Source of the DNA: Callorhinchus milii
Lineage: Eukaryota
Direction: 5' to 3'
DNA: 64,000 nt
NCBI RefSeq assembly: GCF_018977255.1
Contig: NW_024704752.1
Span: 18,104,001 to 18,168,000, forward strand
Below are positions 1-12,440 of this stretch, piece by piece (positions within the stretch are counted from its first letter, which is position 1; each line of letters begins with the position of its first letter). The notes beneath the pieces were generated by a model. That model worked only from the letters and a program-made list of their open reading frames with translations, was not told the origin of the DNA and searched no databases. The position numbers and the translations under genes are program-made.

Positions 1-980
1 CTACATATTTAGAGAGGTACCACATCAACGGCAGGTATTATTATTATTATTCTCTTGCATTTTGCATTCATGGTAGGATATCCCTTTCAAGCATGATACA
101 AAAGTGTCCGTTGTATTGATGACCAGCAAATGCTGAACACCAATCTTAATAATGATCAATCTCAACCCTTTGCATGGCATTTTGTTCTGCAGTGAACGTG
201 TGGAACTCTTTTTACATGAAGAATGTGCCCCCCAAAAAATATCCACGAAACTGTAGCAAGACTCACTGCCAAAGTTACTGATTTATTTCTAGTAATTTCA
301 CTATGAAGTGATTATTCATCTTTAACTTTTCTCTAAGGAGAGCTGTCACGCTGGAGTCAACCATTACTTCCTGCTTATTTTCAGTGACTTTGGCCGCAGG
401 GTAAAAGGAAAGTGACAAAGGGAGGAATTCACTGCACCATTTCAATATCTCCCGCTTCTCTTTATCTGCCGGGGGGCAGCCCAGCTCACTCATATTGTGG
501 TTATTGGATGCTAACCTTCCAATGCAACTTGTTTCCTGCGGAGGCCACAACTGCTGTCAACATCCTTATATTGCTGCTGAATTTATCGATTTCAATCACT
601 GGATATCTGGCATTACCGTGCTCTCAATGTTGAAAATCAAAGGTCCCGGTGCATTTTACGCTGAAGGAACACAACGCTGTGTGCAAGATTATTGTTCATA
701 GCTTGCAATAGCCATTCATTTACCACTTTGTGTAAGCTAGCGAAAAATATTGAGTCAGATCCTACAGTCAGTACTAGAAACCACCGGATAAAGGGTTTTA
801 AGAATGGCTAAGTCTAGTTTTTTTGATGCAGTAGAGTTGGATGTTAACGTGCAATGGTTTGAGATGTTCTTGCAAATGACAATCTCTCGCTCTTCTGGGT
901 GGGAGGAACGGTCGAAAATGGTTGTGCAGTTGATTATATGAAACGGAGCAGTTCACAGGATTTACTGGCAGTGTAGAACC

Positions 981-1220
981 TGTGCATTTTGTAGACAAAC
1001 GCGGCAGCTAATTTGCGCGAGGCAAACAACCACAAAGTGAATGATCGAATTGATTTGCGGGAGATGGTTGGCCAGGACGCTGGGAGAAGCTCCCTTCATT
1101 TTTCAAATAGTACCATGGGATCTTTAATCAGCAGTCGGGACCTTGGTTTAACATCTCATTTGAAGGATGGCACTTTGACAATGCAGGTCTCCCCCAGCAC
1201 TGCACTGGAGTGTCAGGCTT
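981..1220 (-). mobile_element. Deu-domain SINE (family B, SacSINE1/AmnSINE1-like) internal fragment
   Basis: TTGGCCAGGAC..GGGAGAA..AATAGTACCATGGGATCTTT..GGTTTAACATCTCAT..CACTGGAGTGTCAG matches the reverse complement of the copy at 52397-52775. Confidence 0.8.
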
Positions 1221-2422
1221 GTTGAGACACTGCTTGGAAATTAGGCGCCATTTGGCTTCATTTTGTGGCCAAAAAATGATGTTTTCCCGGAACGGAAAAA
1301 AAAGCAATATTTCTCAATCTCATAATTAATCCGTGGGGCCTTGGAATTCCTTTGAAGTAGGGAATATGCAAACGTTCCTCAGTATCACATGAATTTTGTC
1401 AATAATTAATCACGAGAATGTAAATAAAGTTCTGAACACGTAATCCATTGCTTTCACAACACTCGCTGCTGCAAAGCGTTGTTAGAGTGAAATAATGAAA
1501 TATGTTTCACTAATACAACGTTGGATCGGACAGCTTTTACAGGGTGGAAGCAGAGGACTTTAACATTTTATTATTTAAAAAAACTACCAATTTTTTTATT
1601 TTCTGATAAGGTTTCAAAATTCCAAAGAAGGGCTTAACTTTACAAGGTAATTGTTAATATTGAAGTTTAATAGCTTTGCTCAATATGAAGACAGATAACA
1701 GTAATGTGGAGCTGTCCTCTAATTAAAGTGGGACAGCTGCAATGCCCTCGTGATTTTGTTTGGGTTTTAGACAGCAAAGCTTCAGCTTTTGAGCGTTTGA
1801 CATGATTTGAATCTTTTGTATCCAGGATGTCCTGTGGGTGCATTGAACGTTTCTGCGTATTGGAGTGCATAATTCCACAGAAGGAGCAGTTCAGAGGCTG
1901 ATGGGTTTTATTTGCTGTGACAGAAGACGAGAAGATACGATTTGCTAAATGAATCAAACCAACTCTGCGTTCAGAAATCGTTTGGAAGCTAATTTAACTC
2001 TGTTGACTCTAATTTTTATTTGATGACATAAAAGTTTGGGACGTATTCGATTCATATGCAAAGGATTTGACAAAGAATCTTATAATGATTTTACCCATTT
2101 AGAAAAGTTTTTGAGGCTCAGGAGAGGGGTTTCTGGTAACATATACCAATCTGAGCATCAACTCAGACTATGTGTTCAAGCTCTGATGTGTGAAGTGGAT
2201 CCAGACAACAATCCAGAACTGCCAACTGAACCATGCTGCCAAGAAAGGGGATTTAATCTTTCAAATATTTATCCTGGGCAAACTGAATCCTTACTATACC
2301 TTATTTGGGATGTGTGCTTGACGTGGTAAAAGGTGCTGCACCAAAAACAAGTATTATTTTTTTTAAAACAAGTCTGAATTCACAATATCTTACACAAAGT
2401 TACGATCAATGTGTTGGAATTA

Positions 2423-2462
2423 AACAACAACAACTTGGATTTATATAGCGCCCTCCACGCCG
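2423..2462 (-). mobile_element. Isolated LINE2 3' tail
   Basis: ACAACAACAACTTGGATTTATATAGCGCCC is the reverse complement of the L2 terminus GGCGCTATATAAATGCAAG(TTG)n. Confidence 0.7.
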
Positions 2463-2495
2463 GACGGTTCTGAAAGAGAGGCACTTTCACCATAA

Positions 2496-2620
2496 AATAA
2501 TAATAATAATAATAATCTGTGCATTTGATACAGCGCCTTATCACGTCTTCGAGACATCTCAAAGCGCTTCACAGAATATACTGCAAAGTGAATTGACTGT
2601 ACATTTTGTGGGCGGAACAC
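2496..2620 (-). mobile_element. tRNA-derived SINE family A (SINE2-1_CM-like), 3' fragment
   Basis: (AAT)n..TGCATTTGATACAGCGCCTTATCACGTCTTCGAGACATCTCAAAGCGCTTCACAG matches the 3' end of the full copy at 3262. Confidence 0.9.
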
Positions 2621-2759
2621 ATCTTGAAACCATCCACACATCTGGACGTCCCAACAGTCTGCATGGGTGCAATCAATCAAGAGCTATCAAGAGCAGAAAT
2701 CCTTCCTTGTTTAGAAGCTCCCAAACTACTGCTTGTCAGGTTACCAATGAAATCAGCAT

Positions 2760-2820
2760 ACAACAACACAAGATTACATTTGAATAGCGCCTTTCACGTC
2801 GGGAGGAAGTCCCGACGTGA
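2760..2820 (-). mobile_element. LINE2 3' tail ending in a fold-back inverted repeat
   Basis: CAACAAC..TACATTTGAATAGCGCCTTTCACGTCGGGAGGA followed by TCCCGACGTGA. Confidence 0.75.
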
Positions 2821-3261
2821 GTAGCATAGACTACTGATTGAACCAAAGATCTACCAGGGCTGTATTGTATTTCTCAACCATGCACTATCCACCAGCCGGT
2901 GGCTCTATCAACTGAGATTGAAACTTTTAAGTTATGACTATGATAGCATCATGCACAATGGTAAAGAGAAGTGCTATAAATGGTCCACAAACAATCAGAT
3001 GCCACAAGACTGCGAAGACTGAAGATAAAGGAAAAAGAAATACATCTATGTTGCAAACAAGCTGGTGATTTATTTTGATTTCTGCTTGACAAAGCTGGAA
3101 AATCATTTTCTTGTAGTGAGTTATGGATTGTGAATTTGCTGTTCCAAAAGTAATTGCATTGGGTGCAGTGCTAATGTCATTTAAGTGTCCCATTTAGTGT
3201 TTATACAGTTCTGGCATTCAATATCTTGAGAGATGAGAAAAATGGTTTTGGAAGAAATTGT

Positions 3262-3668
3262 GGAGTCCTGTAGCTCAGTGGTTAGAGAACTCGCCTCACA
3301 AGCGAGAGGACCCAGGTTTGATTCCTGGGCAGGGCGAAACACTGGGCAAGTTTTCTTACTCCACACTCCTCTGTTTACCTGGCAGTTAGTAGGAACCTGG
3401 TTGTTAGTCGATTGGCAGATCGCTTTTCCGGAGGTAATAAACCCTTCAAAAAAAATAATAATAATAGCTTGGTCGCTTAATCCATGACTGTTTGTGGGAC
3501 ACTGCTCTGCACAATTGCCTGCCGCATTTTGCCCATAAAATATACAGTCAATTCACTTTCCATTTTGTTATGTGAAGCGCTTTGAGACATCTCAAAGACG
3601 TGATAAGGTGCTATAGGATTACTATTATTATTACTATTGTAATAATCGTGATGCAAGGGTTATTATTA
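3262..3668 (+). mobile_element. Full-length tRNA-derived SINE family A
   Basis: tRNA-like head GGAGTCCTGTAGCTCAGTGGTTAGAG (A box) and GGTTTGATTCC (B box), body, A-rich linker, Deu-like segment, L2-type stem-loop and (ATT)n tail. Confidence 0.95.
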
Positions 3669-4374
3669 TCCCTCCTCAAATCATATTGAAACAGAAAGCA
3701 ATTTTGCACAGTGTGATATTTAATAGATTGTGTGGTCTGTATGTGGCCTTTATATTGACAGTTTAAGTTAATATCATGGAATCCTTTAACTATCACATTG
3801 GATATAGCCAGGGAATTGCCAATGAATGTCAATCAGGTAGCAATTGGCCCTGTGTTCCACGAAGCTGTGCGTGTCAGCAAAAGTGAGTGTTGACAGACCG
3901 TAAACAGGTCAAATATCTGCTGAAGTACTGATAAAAAAAAGAAGCATACTGGCATCTTCCGTACAAGAAGACGCAATAAAATCCTTCATGAGATTGTGTT
4001 GAATGTTGGTACAGTGTTACAGCGCACACAATCAGTAGCGTATTCTACTCGGTACGATTAGGATTTAGCTTCAAACCAAAGCTGAAATCAGGCAAAAAAT
4101 CTATTTGGTAAATTTTCCTTCCCTTTGTTTACACCTTACAAAGTATTTTATTTTAATTCCCGTGGAATAAAAATGAATAATACTAAACAGAATGACGAAC
4201 ATTTTCCTTTTAAAGTTGGATATTTATCTAACCTTTGGTTAAGTTGCATCATGATACGGGCTTATTTTAAATTGCTTTGCCGTTTCAAAATGAAGCAGCA
4301 GTATTTGCACGTTTGCCCTTCTCTCCAATTCTATTTGGTATCTTGCAGTAACTGTTGCAAAATTAGTGGCCCCA

Positions 4375-4590
4375 TAACGACCACAACAACTTGCATTTAT
4401 ATAGCACCCTTCAAACCAGATGGCGTCTCGAGCGCTTAACAGTGACAGAGATCGAAACTGAGCCAGTGGGAGGAGGAAGGTGACCGTGGGTTCGATCGAA
4501 GAGGAAGGTCTTCAAGCACGACCTGAAAATGGGGAGAGAGGGAGCAAGGCGAAGGGAGTGAGGGAGAGAGTTGCACAGCTTTGGGGTGTG
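4375..4590 (-). mobile_element. LINE2 3' fragment (ORF2 end and 3'UTR)
   Basis: CAACAACTTGCATTTATATAGC tail followed by purine-rich GAAGAGGAAGGTCTTCAAGC..GGGAGAGAGTTGCACAG, homologous to 42330-42560. Confidence 0.85.
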
Positions 4591-5297
4591 CTGGATGAAA
4601 GCACTTCTTTGGCTAAATTTCTTGGCAAAAGAGTTGCATTTCTCTGCCTGACTGTCTCACACAATTACACACCTCCAGCAGCATGCATGCATGGATATTA
4701 GGATCTCTTGTGAACATACTGGCACGTCGCAACCCTATGCTCAGAGAATTCCCTCACTCTATTCCACTGCCCATATGCTCCACAGTGCCATTTACTGTCT
4801 AACCTGATCACTATCAGCAATACTTGCTGTAGCTGAGCTACCCAGAAAACAGCAATACTTTTACCATTACTTTTATGTGTTTTGGACAGTCATTTATTCC
4901 AGGGCACGTAATTCAAGTAATGGACAATAGGTTTAGTTACTTCAGGGCAGGTAATCCATACACTAAGTACATACAGTGCTCAGTATGCTAGGCACACGAA
5001 TGCTATTTGCGGCAGTTTTGTATCATTGAGGTCCACTGTTAAATGAAGCATGATCATATGTGTTCAATAGGCTTTGACTATATACCCCAATGCACTCTCA
5101 TAGCTCCAATTCTCTCCAGCTCGAACGTGCTGAATTCTGGCACCCTCTTTATATCTATCAATATACTTATAATATATATATATTTAAAATAGTTATTTTG
5201 CTTTCAAAATACAAATAAAGAATCAAGTGACCTTGGCTCAAAGGTTTGGCGTGACCTTGATGGGTAGATGTGCTACTATTGTAGAGGGGGCAACAAG

Positions 5298-5383
5298 TAA
5301 TAACAATGATAATAACCCTTGCATTTGATATAGTGCCTCATCACGCCTTCAAGACGTCTCAAAACGTTTCACGGAATATACTG
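5298..5383 (-). mobile_element. SINE family A 3' fragment
   Basis: CTTGCATTTGATATAGTGCC..AAGACGTCTCAAAACG. Confidence 0.85.
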
Positions 5384-5916
5384 CGTGGTATAAGTTTTCT
5401 TTTGCTTTAACATTTTCTCTAAATAACAGAACCAAGGATATCCTGCGTTCAGCACATTTGTACTGAAGGGCTAGATATAAAAAGCAAACTTTCAAATACG
5501 AGTTCCTTCAAATATGACAATCACCATCAATGGCCCCACATTGTGCTGGAAATAGAATGGAGAGCACCATTTCATTCATCTATTTTTAAAGCATGCTTAA
5601 AAAAAACGCTGAAGGGAAAGAATGAAGCCAAACAAATGATAGACGCTATCAACCAAGATCCTAGAGAGTGAGTTTTCAACGTATTTCAGTGCATCCTTAC
5701 AGAGCATTATTATATTTCTCCTTGAATGAGCAGCCTTCTGTGAATCTCCTATATTCCACTGATGGACTGGTGAAGTGCACGACTGCAAACTACTCTCTAC
5801 AGTTCTCCTGCGTTCTCCATGCCCACTGGTCACTTAACTATGGAAGAGCTGGAAGGATCTGAGATTATTTTTGTGCTTTACCTTGGAAGACCCTACACAA
5901 ACGCAAATTCCGATGA

Positions 5917-5974
5917 AAACAACAACTTGCACTTGTGTAGTGCCTTCCACGCAGGGTAGCATCTCAGAGTGCTT
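5917..5974 (-). mobile_element. Isolated LINE2 3' tail (TACCCT-loop type)
   Basis: AACAACAACTTGCAC..GTGCCTTCCACGCAGGGTAGCATCTCAGAGTGCT. Confidence 0.75.
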
Positions 5975-6551
5975 AAGACCAGCACCTTATGTGATTGGAA
6001 CCCAAACCTATTAAGTGAAAATATTCAGGAACATTTTGATTCATTCATTAAGAAGACAATTGACTAACAGGCACAAATAGTTACCCATCTATTCTTTACA
6101 TTATTGGCTGCTTTCACAGCATTTTCTACACCTGTCAGGGATCACCATATTTGGCATTTTATTGGGGGGTTTTTAAGCACTGGAATGTTTAGATCACAGT
6201 CTAAGATTTGGGCTGAACATTAACAGTGCTGTTTGCATACCTAAGTGAACTGATATAATGTTATAGGCTAGAATGTGTTTGATTTTAGGTAGACATTGAT
6301 TAGATGTGTATACTGTATATATTTGTGTTACAGTAACTTTGTCAGACTTGATATTTGGCCACACTGCTAAAGGTGTCAGATAAATACCCAAATTGGCCAA
6401 ATTCCTAACATCGTTGAACATATCCTCAACTTCTTGCTTGGCTATGTAATTGTCATGTACTGTATGTTGCAATACATGACATTTAGCTCTATTATGTGTG
6501 ATGCGTGAACCATGTGTAAGCACAAATTTACGGAGTGAATTACTCTTATTT

Positions 6552-6602
6552 ACGTTGTCCAACGTGAGGGGGCGCTATATAAATGCAAGTTGTTGTTGTT
6601 GT
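6552..6602 (+). mobile_element. Isolated LINE2 3' tail
   Basis: ACGTGAGGGGGCGCTATATAAATGCAAG(TTG)4. Confidence 0.8.
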
Positions 6603-6629
6603 TTCCTGTGTGTTGTGCATGATGCAGAA

Positions 6630-6870
6630 AAAGCAGCTGACGTCATTTCCATTCAGCAGCACAGGATGCGAGGTCATCAGCACAAGAAGTGTGGTCAGTG
6701 AGACTTTCTGCACAGAGTGTGCGCGTACAGTCCAGAGCAAGTGAAGTTTACCGGCGTTTTCTGCACGGCATTCAGGACATCCGTGACGTTAGGAAGTGAA
6801 ATCGTAGGAATTGTAGGAAGTGAATTCAGTGTGACCTCACAACCCAAAGGTCAGGTTGTGAACACTGGAA
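6630..6870. promoter_or_regulatory. Candidate enhancer: CRE, E-box, ETS-IRF and nuclear-receptor motif cluster
   Basis: CAGCTG overlapping TGACGTCA (6634-6645); AGGAAGTGAA twice (6791, 6815); TGACCT-n10-AGGTCA (6832-6853); locally raised CpG. Motif evidence only. Confidence 0.35.
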
Positions 6871-7790
6871 GCTGGGTATAACACATGTCCACAGGAGTGA
6901 AGCGAAGGCCTGGAGCTATCATCACAGAGTTGCCTACACCACAAGTTAGACCCTATTGTGCACTGCTTTGCACCATTGGCCTATCCCCTTTTATAGACTT
7001 GCTGAATGTTTTAAGTAAGACGTTGTTATGTCTACACGTAAGATTAAGTTGCACTACAAAACAGACTCCATAGCAAAAGGTTTATTACATATCTCGGCTT
7101 TAAAGAGCCCTTTCCCTTCAAATGCGCAGTAATCATGCTATTAAATACCTGACTGTGATGGTTACTTGTGCTCAGGTCTCTCTTTATACAGCCAATCACT
7201 CACAACTTTATGTATAATTCATCATAATATGTCAAGAGGCAGCAAGGTGCATTTACCTTCCCAGATAGAGTCAGTGGGTTTAGAATGAACATTGTATTAC
7301 AATTGTACCCAATTCTCTTGATCGCTATTCCATGAATCATTTTATTGAAGGAACTCAGCTGACAGACGCCCCATTTTTACTGTGGAATGTCAAGTTCTTG
7401 CATATTTTTTTATGGGTGGAAAATTTAGATTTGTGCAATTCATGAACGACTGCCAATGGAACAAGATTGTTGGTGTTCCAGCAGTCTTTCTAACCTCCCT
7501 TTCCTTTCTTCTGTAAGCAGTCATGACCTCATTTGGCATTGTGGACAATTGCAACGACTTGGAAAAATGATTTCCATTTTTTCCTCATTCCCCATCTGAT
7601 TTTCCACGAAGAGACCCTTACGGTATCTTCCAGTTGTTGTTCTTATTTTCATGTTGTACTGTACTTTCTTTGATAAATAATGGCTAAATAATACCTTTTC
7701 GATTCATTAATGTGAGGGCTGGCTTGGGAGTTGAGTCTTTTCAGAGTTAACAACCCTATGTTACATCTGACCACTGAGAATCCTGTATTG

Positions 7791-7943
7791 ATAATAATTA
7801 TAATAATCCTTGCATTTGATATTGTACCTTATCACATCGTTGAGACGTCTCAAAGCGCTTCATAGGATATATTGTAAAGTGGTTTCACTGTATTTCATGG
7901 GCGAAACGCAGCAGCCAATTGTGGACAGCAGTGTCCCACAAAC
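7791..7943 (-). mobile_element. SINE family A 3' fragment
   Basis: (AAT)n CCTTGCATTTGATA..GAGACGTCTCAAAGCGCTT..GCAGCCAATTG..GTCCCACAAAC. Confidence 0.9.
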
Positions 7944-8579
7944 ATAAATATTTCTGCTTATTCCAGTTTTGCTTTAATGAATGAACGCAATGAGCCGTAG
8001 ATAATAGAATCCACTGAAGATCCATAATTTGTCAATCGTTACCTTAAAGAACAAAAAACCTTGACTGTTTTGCGTGTAAAGCTTTAACAAGGTTCTGGTA
8101 TTTCTAATAGCCCATTGATTTGTTATGTCAGAGTACATTTCGCTTTTTTTTTAACACTTTTCTTCTTACTTCTACCAAGGCACGCATGCTCTCGCTGTGC
8201 CAGCACATAGGTTAGTTGACAATTAGATACTGACTGAAAGATTTTGGTTTTATATACAATAATTACACACAATTACTGTTATACTATTGACATTTAATTC
8301 AAACTCTAATTCATGTTATTTGAGAATTAATTCATTTTAATGACACTAAAAGGTATTTTGTCACTCTTGTGTTCATGAGCAATGAGGAACTAGGTAACAT
8401 GGTACCAATATACAGAACATGGAATCATCAGGAACTCATGGAAAGTGAGCAGAATATAAATATATATGAAATATAGGGACTAGAGGTTTAGGTACACGTG
8501 ATATGGAGGGAACCAATGGAATAAAACCAAACGGGAAATAAGCTTTACTAAAAAACAAATATAGAAGAGATACTACAAG

Positions 8580-8645
8580 AATAATAACAAGTTGCTTTTA
8601 TATAGTGCCCTTCATGCAGGGTAGCGTCCCAGAGCGCTTGACAGT
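8580..8645 (-). mobile_element. Isolated LINE2 3' tail (TACCCT-loop type)
   Basis: TTTATATAGTGCCCTTCATGCAGGGTAGCGTCCCAGAGCGCTTGACAGT. Confidence 0.8.
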
Positions 8646-9255
8646 GGCGGAACATGATGCCAAAAAAACAGATGCTAAAAAGCAAAATCACCGCTTATCC
8701 TCAGCCCGTTTTGAAATGTCGATCACATAGCAACGGAATAAGGCATGTTACAAACCAACCAATTCACAAACCAACACCTTACAAACGCTTGTCATCTTCG
8801 GCAAACGTCACTTAATCATCATAATTGTGTCGTGGACATTTTGAACCAGTGTTGGCCAAACTCTAATCTTCCTCGCTTGCATGTGAGCTACAAGGGGAAG
8901 TATTTCAACTGCAAGTCTAAAAAGATTAATGGCTATAATTTAAAAGAGGCTGTTTTTGTCCCCCACAGGAGTTAAAATGTTGGGGATGCAGCACAATATT
9001 GGTAACTTCAGAGAAACAGCAAAACTTGTTACTATAACAACGATGTCAGTGACGACATTCTGAGGGTTGAACCTGAACTCTTCTGCTGCACCAACCCAAG
9101 TTCATATCATTTCTCGTTTCAGTAGTTTCACTCGTTATACAAGTAAAACTTTGAAATAACCCAGAACGACTTTTCTGTGTGTAATGAACTTGTGCCAGTT
9201 GAAGTCGTTGAGCCCTAATGAACAAGCAGCAATATATATCCAATTAGATTGTGCC

Positions 9256-9305
9256 GCATGGAAATAGGCCATTCAGCCTGATCGGCCCATGTTAGTGTTC
9301 ATACC
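9256..9305 (-). mobile_element. CR1 LINE 3'-terminal remnant
   Basis: GGAAATAGGCCATTCAGCC is the reverse complement of the CR1 terminus GGCTGAATGGCCTA seen near 56200. Confidence 0.5.
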
Positions 9306-12300
9306 CTTGGAGCTGGAACTTGGAGGTGAGGACATTGCGCTGCTGCTTTTGTGCATCACCGATGATATGGCAAGATAGTGGCAACACATCTTGGCAATAC
9401 TAACAGAGGAATTTCTGTCTGAAAAGTCAGGCATCTTTGATGGCAATACTGTTTCGAACAGGTGATAATATAGCTTAAACAATGGACAGTGAGTTACTTA
9501 TATATTTCTTATGTTTTTTTCTTAAAAGGCAAATGCATTGTAATTTTGCTGTGAAATGTAAAGAAGTGTTCTGGATTTTATGCTACAATGTACAGAATGG
9601 CCTGCGATACTCATTTGCTATTGGGAAGCTAAACTAATGACGTAAACTGCAGAGAAACCGTGCAGCGAAGATGATCGATTCGTCAAAGCCAATCTGAGAT
9701 AGAAGGACAACGGGGGAATAAAACACCGTCCCATACAAAGGAACCACGTATGAATGCATGTTATGCCTGAATGCAGTGAAATAAATTTAAACACAAGTGG
9801 GAATTATAAACTAGATTTTGCAGCAGATCAACCTTCTTGCAAAGGTAAAACATCAATCAATATGTTCTGGCAGATTGATTTTCTGAGCACATTTGAGTGC
9901 TCACACGGAAATTGATGGGCATTACACTGCCTGGGTTCCAATACCATACACACTGCATTCTCAAAGTGAAATGTATGTTCAGCATTTTCAAAACACACAA
10001 TGCCTCTTGCGTTGCTTTCCATGTGAGGATTTGCCACACAGAGGTTCCCATAAAACCACTGAGCCAGGTCAACGGCAAAGAAATTCCCATTAACTGGACA
10101 CTTAGACTTCACTAATTGCGCTCCTTATAGTTCCAATGACGCCAAATGATTTATACTTCATATTTAAATGGACTTGTTTAATGGATCCTTGAAGTTTGCA
10201 GTCGATTCTAGGAGCTCAGTTCATACGTGGGGAACATCTGTCATCAAGAGACTCTTCTGAAAAGCAGCATCTCTTCGAAGTATTGTAGCCTGATGAAAAA
10301 TAAGTAGTTCATACCTCAATTGAAACATGAAGTAGCACTGATCTACTCCAATTAAGTGTGTCAGACATTATGGAAGATATTTCGATGTACACTGAACATG
10401 AACCGCAGTCAGTAAGAGTTGTGCTATAATTGTGTACCTACCCTGTAATATGTACAAAAATGAACCATATCATAATTGTTATAAAGTTATGATTTTTCAG
10501 TGGTATTTAAATAGTTGAATGTGTGAGCATACAGAGAGATAGAAGTGAGGATGGGAGAATGGGAGGGTACTGTGGTTTGAAGAAAACCTCAATTTGTAAC
10601 TTTCCAATTCAATTATTTCATGTCAGTAAAGAAAAAAGTTGTAATATAAATGCCTGATGTAATATTTGCTTCCCTGCCTTGTAAGATAGATGATTGCTTG
10701 CCGTCAGCTACAGTTATTTTGTATCAGTGATTTAATTACCTAAGTTCAGCAGATGAAGGACAGATTTAAAAGAGTGTATACACCCCATTACAGTTAATCA
10801 CACAGCAATTATGATCAGAAACACTTTGGCTGTCCAACGAACACATAAGAGCAATAAGGAGGAACTGTATGGAATGAAGCAGTCAACACGCACAGAAAGT
10901 GAGTCACTACGACTATCAAAGTAGCATGTTTGTTGCTGGTTTCTCGCTTGCTCTCCCGCTGAAGGTAATGAGTTAAGTTGGGTTACAATTGGATCAGCCA
11001 CCCTCCAGCACCTTGTCCAAATGATTCTGGTTCATGTGTCATCAGGCAACTTGACCATAGGATAGAGACAAGATATCACAGCTGAGCTTCTCCTGATGTC
11101 ACCTAAAATCCACACAGGAACATTTTCCATCTGGGGATGCTGCAGAGGATTCAGGAATGAGAAGTTCCTGCCCCCATGATATATTTCCCTGTATAATTTG
11201 AGGCCATTTTTAACTGTATGCCTAATAACATACATGGTGGTACGCAGGTGTCAGTGTTACCTTGTACTCAGGTAACTAATCCTAGTGACTTTTGCTTATG
11301 GCTACAGTGTTGGAATATCTAATTCCTATGATAGACTGATTCCTCTCTATTACTTTGTTTTAATAAGAATACTAATTTTAAAAACGTTTTGGAATGAAAG
11401 CTTTACAGAAGGTAACAGTCATAGCAACCCCCTGTTCTTCTGACACCGTCAAAGTGGTTAGAGAGTAATTAAGGAAGTCGTCTCGCAAAGAGAAGATGGT
11501 GGCTCTTACACACTGCACAACCTGGTTGTCTCGTGTTGTAATAATTTCACGTTTTGTCTTCTGTGCGTATATTATGTTCTCATTGAAAACCTGGTTTCGG
11601 TAACTCGCTGACTTGTGGCTTAGGATATCAGAATTAGTGAACTTGCTGGATAATGGTGTCTAATTTGTAGGTATTCCAGTGCTAGGTGGTAAAAGTCATC
11701 CAAAATTGCTTCCATGATTTGATAGCACATAGAAATAGTTGCCTCACAAAATGCAGGTTAGCAATGAGTTCCACAAGTTGACGGCTGTTTGGTTAATTAG
11801 CTTAATGGTCCATTAATAGTAGCTGAAGTGTTCCATTAAACATGAAGGTCCTCTGATGCTTTTGCTCTTTTTTAAAAAAAAATCTTGTATTTCACTCAAC
11901 ACGCTTGAATACAGAAACCTAATTTAAATGTAATGTAGCATGAATTTGCAACTGTGAAGGCCTTACCCTTTTTTGGAGAATAGTGAGAGGTTCACAATCT
12001 CAGTATCCAATGCTGCCGCTGTAATGACTCCACAAATGACATTTGCTAAAATACAGTCTATATACGACCATTAAGGATCTATTAAAGTCATACTGGCTCA
12101 AAGATTAGATCTCACCATCCTGAAGAGAAAACAAAGTGCTACCTATAAATGTTTTCCAAAATAAATGGGATTTTCCTGCAAGATGTGAGGCTTCGTATAG
12201 CGCAGGCTCCATGTGATGTGATTTATGTAAGCTTCTGTAGTGCTTATCTCCTTTTAATAATATTATTCAATAAAATAACCTGTCAAAATATCCCTTTATT

Positions 12301-12348
12301 CTTTATTAGCATTAAGGGAAGAAAGAGCCTGATGCTGAAAGCCTACCT

Positions 12349-12440
12349 AAGGGATTGGGAATGATGGAGACTCGTATGAAGTTCAAACAAAAGCACAGAC
12401 TAATTGGGTCAAATGGCATGTTTCCTTGCTGTATGATCGA
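12349..12440 (+). mobile_element. CR1 LINE 3'UTR remnant
   Basis: GCACAGACTAATTGGGTCAAATGGCATGTTTCCTTGCTGTA resembles the CR1 3' end. Confidence 0.55.

Noticed and set aside
3262-3335. tRNA gene (also 31115-31190 and 59430-59504)
   Set aside because: A and B boxes are present, but each continues into the SINE body and lacks a proper acceptor stem and terminator; these are SINE heads
6194-6562. 122-aa minus-strand ORF
   Set aside because: Starts in an L2 tail; no recognisable domain or codon bias
9551-9572. miR-1/206-like sequence TGAAATGTAAAGAAGTG
   Set aside because: Mismatch in the seed, divergent 3' end and no complementary star arm upstream
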